Part shown: positions 1-52,334 of the stretch, piece after piece | Position numbering within the stretch: position 1 is the first letter of the stretch | Layout of the letters: every line of letters begins with the position of its first letter | Source: Mobula hypostoma | Lineage: Eukaryota | Assembly: GCF_963921235.1 (NCBI RefSeq) | Contig: NC_086107.1 | Span: 94,800,001 to 94,864,000, forward strand | Reading direction: 5' to 3' | DNA length: 64,000 nt | Made by a program: the position numbers and the translations under genes | Notes under the pieces: model-generated | Database searches by the model: none | What the model was told of the DNA's origin: nothing | What the model saw: the letters and a program-made list of their open reading frames with translations, nothing else

Positions 1-13
1 TACTAAGTTCGCA

Positions 14-563
14 TGTAACACACTGTAAGGTTTCACTGCTAATGTAATGGCTTCTCTGTAGCAGCAATGTTTGGGTTATGACTAGAGATAATGGGGTACG
101 CTAATCAATGAACAGGATGTTGTTCTTTCTTGTGTGTCTGGGAGCCCGGAATTCCCGGTTCTTTTGCTGGGGAGAGATGAGGAGGGAAGACGCGAATGGA
201 GAGAGTTGGTAGACCGCCGGACGGGGTGGACTTGGAGCGAGGGTCCGAAGGTCAGCGGTGATCGGAGGAGGTTGATGGTGGACGAACAGCCTTATCACTG
301 AGCTCCAACCTTGTGCAATAGACTGTTTCATCAGAATGGGCCCTTTTTCTTTTTTTGTTTTCTTTACTAACCATATAGTCAAATTAAGAATTTTAAAGCT
401 CAATTGTTTAATTGCATATTGTGTACTGTTTGTTATTTCTGTGGTTCTGGTTTGTAACAGGGAACACATCACGCAGCATCCACCCAAACAAGATTTCTTA
501 AGTTTGGCCAGGCTGGGGGCTATCATCCGCCAGATTAAGCTGCTAGCTGAAGCGAGGGTTACA
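14..563. mobile_element. Solo LTR (550 bp, probably Gypsy-type) inserted in a CR1 RT fragment
   Basis: Termini TGTAAC...GTTACA, with 4-bp TSD CGCA (10-13 and 564-567). The flanks rejoin to aag ttc gca gat gac acg aag = KFADDTK. Confidence 0.8.
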
Positions 564-812
564 CGCAGATGACACGAAGGTTGGTGGTGTTGTGGAGAGT
601 GTAGCAGGTTACAATGGGACATTGATAGGATGCAGAGCTGGGCTGAGAAGAGGCAGGTGAAGTTCAACCTGGAGAAGTGTGAAATTATTCGCCTTGGAAG
701 ATCAGACTTGAATCAGGGTACAGGATTAATGGCACAATTCTTAACAGAGTGGTGGAACAGAAGGACCTTGGGGGTCACGTTTATAGATCCCTCAAAGTTG
801 CTGCACGAGTTA
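564..812 (+). mobile_element. CR1 LINE reverse-transcriptase fragment
   Basis: ADDTK and WAEKRQVKFNLEKCEII; similar to the CR1 at 52335-54030. Confidence 0.8.
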
Positions 813-1184
813 ATAGTCAGAATTAGGTTTAATTTCACCGGTATGTGTCATGAAAGTTGTTGTCTTTGCGGCAGCGGTACAATGCAATACATAATAACTG
901 TGAATTACATTAAGTAATCAAATATATAATACAAACGGTAGTTCAATTAACTAAGTAGTGCAAAAATAGAAATAAAGTAGTGAGGTAGTGTTCATGGGTT
1001 CAATGTCCATTCAGAAATCGGGTGGTAGAGGGGAAGAAACTGTTCCTGAATCGTTGAGCGTGGCTTTCAGGCTCCTGATGGTAGCAATGAGAACAAGGCA
1101 TGACCTTGGTGATGGAAGTCCTTAATGACGGACGCCGCCTTATTTTGAGGTGTGGTTAAGAGAGTGTAGGGTGTATCCTCCCTT

Positions 1185-1925
1185 CCCATCATGGGTTTCC
1201 ACCAGGGCGGAGTGCTGAGCCCATTGCCGTGCACTCTGCTCACACGTGACTGCACAAACACCCGAGTAATCACGTTGTCAAGTTCGCCGATGACACGACA
1301 GTCACGGGGCTCTTCACGGACAACGATGAGACGGCCTAAGAGAGGAGGTGGAAGAGCTCTAGGTCTGGTGCCAGGCCAACAGCCTCTTCTTCAATGTCAG
1401 GCGAACTCACACCCCTCTTTATATCGGCGGCACGGTAGCGGAAACTACGAGCAGTTTCAAACTCCCAGGACTGCACAGTTCACACACAACCTCCCATGGT
1501 CCCAGAACACATCACCCACCATCAGGAAAGCTCACCAGTGCCTCTACTTTCTGAGGAGGCTGAAGAGAGCTGGACTATGGACATCAATACTCACATCAGA
1601 TGTGCAGTAGAGAGCATCCTAACATGCTGCATCACCGCATGGTACGGAACCTGCACTGCGGCGGGCAGGAAGGCTCTACAGCGGGTAGTCAAAACTGCCC
1701 AACGCATCACTGGCACCAGCCTACCCGCCACCACGCCAACTATATACAGAAAGGTGCCGGAAAAGGGCCAGTAACATCATGAAGGATCCCGCCCACCTTG
1801 TTCCTGGACTGTTTGTCCCAGTTCCACCAGGGAGGAGGCTACAGAGCATCCACGCCAGGACTAACAGACTCAAAAACAGTTATTTTCCCCAAGCAGTAAG
1901 GCTGATCAACACCTCCACCGACTAA
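1185..1925 (+). mobile_element. Rex1/Babar-type LINE, degenerate 3' RT region
   Basis: HQGGVLSPL, KAHQCLYFLRRLKRAGL, RCAVESILTCCITAWYG; frameshifted. Confidence 0.8.
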
Positions 1926-2614
1926 CTCCACCACTGTATCACTTGCTGTCAGTCACCTTACGTACAGACACTCCTGTGCCTAGCGTCACTTTATGGACAT
2001 AAAATCAATATCTGTGTATATACGCAAGCCATCTTCAGTATTTATAATTATTGTGTTTTTAAAATTATTATTATTGTGGGTAGTGGCTCCATATGTCACT
2101 ACTACAGGGCGTGACGACCCTGCCTTACACGAGTCCCGGGCTCAGCTGGCTCCGGCTGACAGTACCCGGTATGGGTCCCTATCCAGGGTTACGGATCCCA
2201 CTGCCTTGTGGGTATCTTCGGGAGAAGAGAGGGCTGAGGAGTAAACCCTACACAAACCCGGAGTGGAGCCCCTAAGGCGGTTGGATGACGTATCACGTCA
2301 CCTCCTGGCAGCTCCTGCAGCCAAGCTGATGCCAAATGTACTGCTTTGCATTCCTTTGGACCACGTCCGTGAGGCCGAGAGGGGGACCTTGATGTCTGGG
2401 CAGCCCAGGATCTCCATATTCATCGCCCAGGTCTGCACCCCGGAAACCGGGCGCATCCATTGTCTACTTAGACAGACGGAGCCATTAATTAAATTAATTG
2501 TGTTCTTTAGCTTATTGTGGTCTTTTTTTTCCGTACTGCATCGAATCCAGAGTAACAATTATTTAGTTCTCCTTTATATTTCTATATTGGGAACACTGAG
2601 TCTTGATACGTCTT

Positions 2615-3730
2615 TATTAGTCAGGAGACTGAGTTCCAGAGCAGCAAGGTAGCGTTGCAGCTCTGCAGAACTCTGGTTAGACCACACTTGGGAGTATCGC
2701 GTTCAGTTCTGTCTCACCTCGTTATTGGAAGGACGTGGAAGCTTTAGAGAGGGTGCAGAGGAGACTTACCAGGATGCTGCCTGGATTGGAGAGGATAAGT
2801 TGAGTGAGCTAGGGCTTTTCTCTTTGGGATGAGAGCTGACGACAGAGGTGTACAAAATGTTAAAATGCAACGATAGAGCGGACAGCCGGTGCCTTTTCCC
2901 CAGGGCGGAGATGACTAATATGAGAAGGTGCAAGGAGGAAAGCGTAGGGTGGGGGGGGGGGATGTCAGAGGTAAGTATTTTACACAGAGGGTGGTGGGTG
3001 TGTGAAACGCCCGGCCAGGGGTGGTGGTAGAGGCAGATGCATTGGGGATATTTAAGAAACTCTTAGATAGGTACATGGATAATAAAATAATGCAGGGCTT
3101 TGTGGGAGGGAAGGGTTAGACTGACCTTGGAGCAGGTTAAAACATCAGTGCAACAGGCCTTTTTTGTGCCTTCCGCCAATAAAGACAGTTCTTTCCTGAT
3201 ATGGTACGGGGAAGGGATACAGGAGCCTGAAGATCCACACTCAGTGATTCTTCCCCTCCGCCATCACATTTCTGAATGGTCTCATTATTGGTTTTCCTTT
3301 TTGTAATACTTTGTCTATGCACTGTACTGCCACCGCAAAACCTGAGATATGGGGGAAGGTTGAACAGGTTGGAACTTGATTCCCCAGAGTGCACAAGGGG
3401 GGCGATTTGATAATTGTGAGGGGCATAGGTGGGGCAAATGCAAGCAGGCTTTTTCCCACTGAGGCTGGGTGAGACCAGAACCAGGGGGCAAAGGTTAAGG
3501 GTCAATGGTGAAGCACATGAGGGGGAGTTTTCTCCCCCCAGATTGTGGAACGAGCTGCCAGTGGAAGTGGTGGATACAGCTTCCATTGCAATATTTAAAA
3601 GTTGGGGGTAGGTACATGGGCAGGAGGGTATACAGGGCTATTGTTCAGCTGCAGGTTGATGGGACTGGGCTGGATGACAGTTCGCATGGACTAGATGGGC
3701 TGAAGGGCCTGGTTCTGTTTTGCAGTGCAA
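2615..3730 (+). mobile_element. Cluster of CR1 3'-end fragments with a short Rex1-like piece
   Basis: Recurrent CR1 3' motifs (ttagagagggtgcagaggaga, gtggaacgagctgccag, gatgggctgaagggcctg). Confidence 0.65.
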
Positions 3731-3882
3731 GTTTTATACCATTTAATTAAGTGATAGTAAACCTGATTCTGATATTCGAAGCTTCTGTGTGACCTTGTAT
3801 GTCTAACCCAAAGCAAACCTGGGCCCTTAGGCAGGGCTAAAACAAAGCCAGCAAAGGTGCTCCTGAGGCTGGAGGCACTCAC

Positions 3883-43696
<39,814 letters not shown>

Positions 43697-43767
43697 CTGC
43701 AGAGAAACAGAGACAAGTCGTGAGAAGCTGTGGAGAGTGGCTAAAACAAAATAAATTACACATGGGG

Positions 43768-44105
43768 GGGGGCAGCACTGTGATGCAGTGGTTAGCGTGA
43801 TGCTTTACCGTGGCAGCCATCGCGATTGGGGTTCAATTCCCACCACTGGCTGTAAGGAACTTGTATCTTCTTTCTGTGACCATGTGGGTTTCCACCGGAT
43901 GCTCCAATTGCGCCCCCCCCCCACATTCCAAAGGGGTAGTAGGGGTTACGGTTAGTGAGTTGTGGGCACACTATGTTGGCACTGGAAATGTGGTGACTCT
44001 TGTGGGCTGCTCTCAGCACGTCCTCAGACTGTGTTGGTCATTGACACAAACAATGTATTTCATTGTATGTTTTAATGTACATATGACAAGTAAAGCTCAT
44101 CTTTA
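43768..44105 (+). mobile_element. tRNA-derived V-domain SINE (HE1-like elasmobranch SINE), representative copy
   Basis: A/B-box-like head (gcagtggttagcg...ggttcaattcc) and V-domain core tgtgggtttcc.ccgg.tgctcc. Other copies lie at about 9090-9310, 14240-14390, 25060-25250, 29040-29330, 44400-44620, 46790-47000, 50385-50910, 51280-51575 and 54030-54230. Confidence 0.75.
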
Positions 44106-45344
44106 GCTCCTTTGATGTGAAACCAAGCAGTGCAGGAGGCCATTTGGCCCATTATGTTCATACTAGCCAATGAGTGCAACAGTTACCTCCCAGATCTGAG
44201 TTCAGGGTTGTCAGCCTCCTCGTACATTATAAACACGGGGGGGGGGGGAAGAGGGGGTTTCTGCCCTCACCTCCCCAACACTGCTCCAAGTAACTTTAAC
44301 AGTTCACTTTCTTTCCTATCTCGTTCACATTCACTTCTTTCATTAACACGACCGAGATGCCCTAGTTATCCACAACTTAGACAAGAGAAGTCGGTTCTTG
44401 AGCAACGATTCCCACCACGGTCTGTAAGGAGTTTGTACACTCTCCCTGTGTCCGCGTGGATTTTCTCCGCATGTTCCGCTTTTCTCCCACAGTCCAAAGA
44501 CGTAGGGGTTAGGGTTCGTGAGTCACCGTGGGCATGCGACATCCCAGACGTTGATGCAAAACCTATGCTTCGATGTTTCAATGTATAAGTGACAAGTAAA
44601 ACTAATCTTCAGTCTTTCTTTAAAATCCTGTTGAGAGAAACATACTGTACAATTCGGAGCAGTCCTCTGTTCCTTCGATATCCAACTCTGTCCATCCTCT
44701 CCCTCCTTACTACATCCCTATTCTCCAATTCATTTCTTATCTACCCATGTCCTCTACCCTGTCCATTTGTCCGACCACCTTCCTTCTCCCTCAAATTCTT
44801 CCCATGCTTCCAAGCATTATTCCTGATCCTTCCTTTCAAATGACCTTCCCTGTTCTCCCCAACAACCCCCCAGTTCCTTTAAATCCCCATGTTCCCCAAT
44901 CCAGGACTTCCCCCCCACTAAACATCTCCACTCTATTCCACCACCCCTACCTCCTTTCCCTCCCTCCCTCCCATTGCTACACCCCATCCCCCAATGCCTC
45001 CAAGACTTGGGTTCTCAACTCTGTTTGAATGCATTATCGAGGATCAAGTCACATGATCTCCAATGACATTGGCCCCACCCAACAGAATGCCATTGGTTGC
45101 CTGACATGCCCATCTTTGCTCAATCCCGCCTTCCCATGCTGGCTGGAAAATATATATTTTTTAAAAGCCTCAGCAACATGATCGGACAGTTATTAAATAC
45201 AGACAACAGACAGAAGGTATTATACACAGGTTCTCCGATCACTGCCTGAACCCACTGGGCCCTTTGGGAAATATTTAATGGACTGCCACTCTATTCAGTA
45301 TTGGGGTATGAGCTTCACCATGGTTCAACGTCTGTCCATTACAA

Positions 45345-45915
45345 GTAAGGCAAGGCAGTGCCTCTACTTTCTCGGAAGTTTGCGCAGATTTGGCATTTGA
45401 TCTAAAACTTTGACAAACTTCTATAGATTCACAATGGAGAGCATCCAGGTTGGTTATATCACAGCCTGGCATGGAAATACCAATACCCAAGAACAGAAAA
45501 GCCTACAAAAAGTAGAGGATACAGCCCAGTTCTTCACGCGACAAGCCTTCCCCACCACTGAGCACATCTACAAGCAGTGCTGCCACAAGAAAGCAGCCTC
45601 CATCAAAAAGTCCGCGCTCACCTTCCAGGTTCGGTCCACGCTCTCTTCGGCCTGCTGCCATCGAGGAGGAGGTTACAGGAGCCTTGGGGACAGTTATTAC
45701 TCTACAACCATCAGCGTGGATAACTTCACTCTAACCGATTCCAGAAGCTATGGACTCACTTTCTAGGACTCTACAACTTATGTTCTCGACATTATATATT
45801 ATCATTCACTTATTATTAGCTTTTATGTATTTGCACATTGATCATTTGTCCATCTTTGTGTGAAGTTTTTCATTGATTCTGTTGTGTTTCTTTGTATCTA
45901 CTGTGAAGGTTGTGT
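45345..45915 (+). mobile_element. Rex1/Babar 3' fragment
   Basis: TNFYRFTMESIQVGYITAWHG...HKKAASI. Confidence 0.8.
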
Positions 45916-47287
45916 GGTTCCTAAGGTTGTCATAGCCGGGGCTGGTAGTGGGGATAAGATCCAAATGGTGTGTGTCTCCAACAGCCCCTGACAACTAAGT
46001 CCAACTCTTGGCCTTCAAGTGCGGCTTAGCTACTAGGCCCAGCGGAACTGTTCCTACTGACAAGAGAATGGGACCACTGGCCCCTCAAAACCAGTTGCCT
46101 CGGGCAGATGGGGCTGATCAGCGTTGGATGGAAGCCCGCCTAGGAGAAGGAAAACTCTGATTTTAAACCTCTGCTGCCTTGCGGCCATACCCACCCATGA
46201 GAAAGGCTTCGGGAGCAAACCTTGAGGAAGAAATCTGGAGCCAGAGTCCCTAAGGCAGTTTGATGTTGTTTACAATTTCACTCTGGCAACCTCTGGAACG
46301 ACACTGTGCTATGCTGTATCGGCACTTGCCCTTCCCTTGGGCGACATCAGTGACATGGAGAAGAGTAACCCACCGCATGGGCAACAGCCAGTTCTTCAAA
46401 TCTTCCCACCCAGGCTTGTGCCCTGGAGAGGCCACAGTCCACCAGAGGCGCAAACCCATGATCCCCTGGGATCGACAGCTGCCTACGACTACCGCGAATG
46501 CAGAGTAGATTGATAGAAGAAAAAGTCGCAGTCGACAGCCCATGACATTCATGAATTACATCAAGGGACGGACAGGCAAAAGTTTACTAGAACTTCTCAG
46601 GTTAAAGACAGATGAAAGACCATGATCGCCCAGGTCATACAATGATGATCGTGATCTGTGAATGCCTGCAAGAAAACGAATCTCAGGGTAGTATATGGTG
46701 ATATATAGATACTTTGATAATAAATTTACTTTGAACTTTGGTGTTGGGATGTGTAGCCAGCTCCGGATCAGGCTAGAATACTTACCCATTTATTTAGGGA
46801 TACAGCATGGTTAAGAGGCCCTACCAGCCTAACAAGCTCACACCACCCAATTACGTCCGCGTGACCAATGAACCTACTAGCGCCCACGTCTTTGGAAAGT
46901 GGAAGGGGAGCAGAGCACCCGGAGGAAACCCACACAGCTGTGGGGAGAACGAGCAAACTTCTTACAGACCGCGACGGAACTGAACCTGCGTCGCCGGCCC
47001 TAATTTAAAATCCTCCACTGAAAACCCAGACCTCTAACAAACTCCCCGAGGTGATAGGCAGGAGAGGAGACGAGATGGGGTGAGAGAGTAACCAAAATGG
47101 GGAGGTGAGGGAGAAAGACAGAGAGAGACAGAATGAGAATTACCAGAAGGTGGAGAAATCGATGCTCACACCGCCAGGTTGGAGGCTACCCAAACAGAAT
47201 ACAAGGTGAAGCCTCTCAACCTACAGTGTGGCTTCATCATGGCAGTAGGGAAGGCCATAGACAGACATGTTGGAATGGGAATGGGGA

Positions 47288-48030
47288 GTGCTCAACATCA
47301 GTAAGACAAAGGACTTGACTGTGGCCTTCAGGAAGGGGAAATCAAGGGAACACACACCCATCTTCATGGAGGGATTAAAAGTGGAAAGCGTGAGCAGTTT
47401 CAAGTTCCTGGTTGTCAGCATCTCTGAGGATCTAACTGGCCCCAACATATCAATGCAATTACAAAGAAGGCACAACAGCGGCCATATTTCATTAGGAGTT
47501 TCAGGAAAATTGATTGGTATGGTCACCAAAGACACTTGCAAATTTCTACAGATGTACCATGGAGAGCATTCTGAGTGGTTGCATCACTTATGGAGGGGCC
47601 ACCGCACAGGATTACATAAAGCTGCAGAAAGTTGTGAAAACAGTCCGCTCCGCCATGGGCGCCAGCCTCCCCAGCGTCCAGGACACCTTCAAGGAGCCAT
47701 GCCTCAAAAAGGTGGCATCCATCATTAAAGACCCCCATCACCCAGGACATGCCCTCTTCTCATTACTACCATCAGGGAGGAGGTTCAGAAGCCTGAAGGC
47801 ACACACTCAATGTTTCAGGCACAACTTCTTCCCCTCTGTCATCAGATTTCTGAATGAATATTAAATCCATGAACACCACCAGGGTATTTTTTTCCCCTCT
47901 TTTTAAACTACGTACTTAATTTAAATTTTTTTTTGGTATACTTATACTAATTTACAGTTTTTATTATGTACTGCTGCCACAAAACAACAGAATTTCACAA
48001 TGTATGCCAGTGATATTAACCCTAATCCTG
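47288..48030 (+). mobile_element. Rex1/Babar RT C-terminal fragment, abutting an older minus-strand Penelope fragment (about 47090-47287)
   Basis: LNISKTKDLTVAFRK...VESVSSFKFL; KTLANFYRCTMESILSGCIT...IIKDPHHPGHALFSLLPSGRR. Confidence 0.82.
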
Positions 48031-49891
48031 ATTGGAGACTAAAGGCACGTTTGCAGACAGACCTCAGCAAAATGCCACATCTCAGAAGCCAGGATTACGT
48101 CCCTGGTCTGAGCAGCCTGTCTTTATCACAGGCCGAGGCCTGCCAAACCAGTTCTGCTGCCTGTAGGAACGATCCCACCCACTGATATTCCTGCACATTG
48201 TGGACTCGAACCCTGCCCTTTCTGCACAACATCCTACGTCTCAAGCTAATCATTAGCCCGCACATCAAAAGCCCCAGGATGATCAGTCTGCCAGTGGAGC
48301 TGGCTAATGGCACTCAGTTCTCTGCGTTAAGCACCCAGAAACTCAAAGCTGGCGGCTCTGGGGAGGGAGTGACCCCACAACCTCCAACTCTAAAGGAAAC
48401 TGCCGAGGTAATTCAACTCCTGTCCACCGTGGACACATAGCCGGGGCTGGATATTTTCCGAATTTAACGACGGAATCCTGGGGAGATTAAAATGGGGACA
48501 AAATAGCTTCAAGTAACTAGGTGTGAACATCACTAACGCCTGTCCTGGCCACAGCCAAGAAAGCTCACCAAGGCCTCTACCTCCTCAGGAGGCTAAACAA
48601 ATTCAGCATGTTCCCGTCGACATTAACCATTTTTATCAAAGCGCCACAGAAAGCATTTTGTTTCGATGCATAACAGCTTGGTGTGGCAGCTGTGCTGCCT
48701 GTGACCACAAGAAACTGCAGAGAGTTGTGGACACAGCTCAGTACCTGACTGAAACCAGCCTCCCCTCCACGGCCTGGCCACATGTCTTGTCTCAACTCAA
48801 GTTCACTTGCCCCATCATTGAAATGCTCCCACAACCAACGGACTCACTTTCAAGGGCTCTTCATCCTCAAGTTCTCAATAGTTACTGTTTATCTATATAT
48901 TTTTGTATTTGCACAGTTTGTTGTTTTTCGCACACGTTGAATGCCAGAGTTGGCAGTCTTTCATTGATTCTATTATGGCTATTATTCAATAGCGCATGCC
49001 CACAAGGGGTTGTGTATGGTGACATATATGTATTTTGATAATAAATTACTTTGAACTTTGCTGCCTCACTAATGCAGCCAAAATAATCAAAGACCAAATC
49101 CACCCTGGATGTTCTCTATTCTCCCCTCTCCCATCGGGCAGAAAATACAAAAGCCTGAAAGCACGTCCCACTAGACTCACGGGACACATCTACCCTGCTG
49201 TTATCAAATTCCCAAATGGATCTCTTGTACGATATGACAGACTCTTGATCTCACAATCAACCCCGTTATGATCTTGCACTTTATCGTTTACCTGCACTAC
49301 ACATTTTAGGTAGCTTTTACACTTCATTCCAATTTTTTTTTAAATTGTTTCACCTTATTCTACCTCCGTGCACTGTGTGAATATTTGGTCTGCATGAACA
49401 GTACACAAGACAATTTTTTCCCACTATGTATCTTGGTGTATCTCAGCTTACGTGCTTCAATGACCTGGAGAGCTATGTTGGCTGGAGTCAGGGCTTTGTG
49501 GTACGGTCACCCATGCCAAACAGGTCAAAGGGTAGAGGCCTGACTAAGAATGGCCCACCAGTCCTCCAGGTTTGGGAGGGTCAGCTCAGCGCTAATGACT
49601 CTGACTGGTCAAACAAAACTGTAACGGAGACGGCAATGAAGATTCCTTCCACATCTAAGTGCGACGGTATTCCTGAGTCTCCACCCCGGACTTGCACAAC
49701 TGACAGAGTTGAAAACCGAGAGGAAGCTACTGACATGATGAAGGAAGCCCCGAACACAGCCAGAGTTGGAGGATCTTCATTGCTGCCCTAAACGCCAGGG
49801 GTGGAACAGACAGCAAGCCGGTACACGTGACAATAATAAAGTTTTACAACCTGCACAAGTGACTCTTAACCTCCAGGTATTGCTTTTCTCT

Positions 49892-50210
49892 CAAACAACA
49901 GGAATTCTGCAGATGCTGGAAATTCAAGCAACACACATCAAAGTTGCTGGTGAACGCAGCAGGCCAGGCAGCATCTATAGGAAGAGGCGCAGTCGACGTT
50001 TCAGGCCGAGACCCTTCGTCAGGACTAACTGAAGGAAGAGTGAGTAAGGGATTTGAAAGCTGGAGAGCTTTCTTTCTTTCTTTCTTTCTTTCCCTTACTC
50101 ACTCTTCCTTCAGTTAGTCCTGACGAAGAGTCTCGGCCTGAAACATCGACTGCGCCTCTTCCTATAGATGCTGCTTGGCCTGCTGCGTTCACCAGCAACT
50201 TTGATGTGTC
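49892..50210. mobile_element. Miniature fold-back Penelope derivative: two inverted pLTR ends, each with a hammerhead motif (49991-50026 minus; 50116-50151 plus, mutated)
   Basis: Arms of about 120 bp are reverse complements, separated by a (CTTT)n spacer. 13-bp TSD attgcttttctct (49879-49891 and 50211-50223). Confidence 0.88.
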
Positions 50211-50488
50211 ATTGCTTTTCTCTGCTCATTTGCTATACGGGTGCTGACCCTGACCATCACTGACTGTGGAACACCCTCCCTCCTGTTTGTAAAGGGTGGG
50301 AGTGGATGGCTTGTGAGCACTCGGAAGAAGCTCTGATTCTGTCGAAGAAATCGTCAGCCTCCTTGATTGTTGTTAATAAGTTGTCACAGTAGCGCTCATT
50401 CTCCCCGTGACCGCGTAGGTTCCCTCCGGGTGCTCCGGTTTCCTCCCACAGTCCAAAGGCGTATGGGTTAACATTAGGAAGTCAAGGC

Positions 50489-50786
50489 AATTGGCCAGCT
50501 GTTGGCGCAACGATATCAGCGCCAGACCTGGGAGCGGAGGTTCCAGGGTTCGAAACCAGTCAGGTCCGCTCTCGAGTACGCTTTCCATCCGTGCCAGGTT
50601 GAGTGTCGAGATCGCAACTCGATCTCGTAAAATAAAAGGGAAAATACTGCGAAAATGTGTGTGAGGAGTGGCGTGCCACACAGTCTCTCTCTCGCTCTGC
50701 GCCTTGTAAAAGCCATGAAAAATCCATCAACAATGGACGCACGCAGACGCACAGACTCGCATGCACGCAGGCACACGCCAAAAAAA
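50489..50786 (+). mobile_element. Young tRNA-derived SINE with A-tail, nested in a V-SINE
   Basis: A box tggcgcaacg, B box ggttcgaaacc, CpG-rich body, A-tail, 13-bp TSD aggaagtcaaggc (50476-50488 and 50787-50799). Confidence 0.82.
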
Positions 50787-51576
50787 AGGAAGTCAAGGCG
50801 ACACTTGTGGGCTGCCCCCAGCACATGCTCGGACTGTGATTGTTGTCGATGCAAAATACACATTTCACTGTATGTTTCCATGTACTTGTGACAAATAAAC
50901 CCAATCTTAAAAATTATCATCTTGTAATTTATAGTTTAAAAATTGATTCAACTCGTTGGGTGAAGGCTTTCAGCAATTAGTAAAATCTGATTTTAGTAAT
51001 TAAAAAAAAAACTCTGAATTTAGCCAAAAAATAATTATAAACTGCAAATGCCCTCATCTCTGTATCTCTCCAAATACCTCCCACTTCCCATCTGCCCTTC
51101 ACCCCAACCTCTTGCTCTCTCCATTGCTGCACACTCCCCTTGGCCTTCCTTCTCCTTGCCACACCGCCATCTCTCACCGTGCTCCATGTGGGCTATATTT
51201 AGCCAGATGACTGCAAAATCCAGCTGTTTTAATTTGTTACACCCAGCCAGCCTCTTATCAGGGTTCTGACTAACAGACGAGATGAAATTAACTTTACTTG
51301 TCACAAGTACGTCAAACATTGAAACACAGAGTGAAATGCATTGTTTGTGCCAACCGCCAACACAGACCGAGGATGTGCTGGGGGCAGCCCGCAAGTGTCG
51401 CCACGTTTCCAGCGCCAACATAACATGCCCAGTGCTTACTAACCCTAACCTGTATGTCTTTGGAATGTGGGAGGAAACCAGAGCACCCGGAGGAAACCCA
51501 CACGGTCACCAGGAGAACGTACAAACTCCTTACAGACAGCGACAGGAACTGAACCCTGATTGCTGGTGCTGTAAAG

Positions 51577-51789
51577 CAGCAATCCCCAACCACCAAGCCG
51601 CAAAGATGTGTGACCGGGCTGCCAGGAAACGATATGATTTGGCGGTATGAAATGATACGAGTCAGCTGCACCTTTCCTCATTCCCTGTCACGCACTGGTG
51701 AACCCGAACAACCCACCCCGTCGGCCGGTCCGCAAGAGTATCGTCAATATTAAACCGGTCCGTGGTGCACAAAAGGTTGGGGATCCCTG
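51577..51789. mobile_element. hAT-type MITE
   Basis: TIR cagcaatccccaacc / ggttggggatccctg; imperfect 8-bp TSD ctgtaaag / ctgtatat. Confidence 0.6.
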
Positions 51790-52334
51790 CTGTATATATC
51801 CTGGCCTTAAGCCTGCCTCTGCAGAGGTCTCATGAGGGGGGCAGACCTTTGGAGAAACTCAGTGCAAAAATTACTTCACGTGGTTCAATTCCAAGCTGAG
51901 CAGCATTCGATATCGTCCTCCATCCAGAGATCCCTGATTTCAGGCTGGGAATCACCATTCCAACTATTGCCATCCTCAAGTTCATCCCAGATCATGCTCA
52001 TTTCTGAAGATGGAGACTGTCGTGATCAAGCTGAGACAATCAATCTATGGGTGTTCACTGGCCAGGCAGATCCACAAAACCCCAGACAGAGCTTAAAATA
52101 CTTATCACTTCCAACGATCTTCCACTGCGGCCAGATATATAACTAACTGCTCATGTAAACGTCACACTGCAATCAAGGCTTCCAACCAGTGGTGGCACTG
52201 TTGTGTCAGTCCAACATCTCCCTCCTTGGGCCTTGCCACAGAGATTAAAAGATTAAAGATCTTTTAAAGATTAGCTTTACTTGTTACATGTACATCAAAA
52301 CATTAAAACATACAGTGAAATGCATCGTTTGTGA

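Noticed and set aside
50493..50570. Possible tRNA gene
   Set aside because: It has A/B boxes but no convincing cloverleaf, and it continues into a SINE body with an A-tail and TSD.
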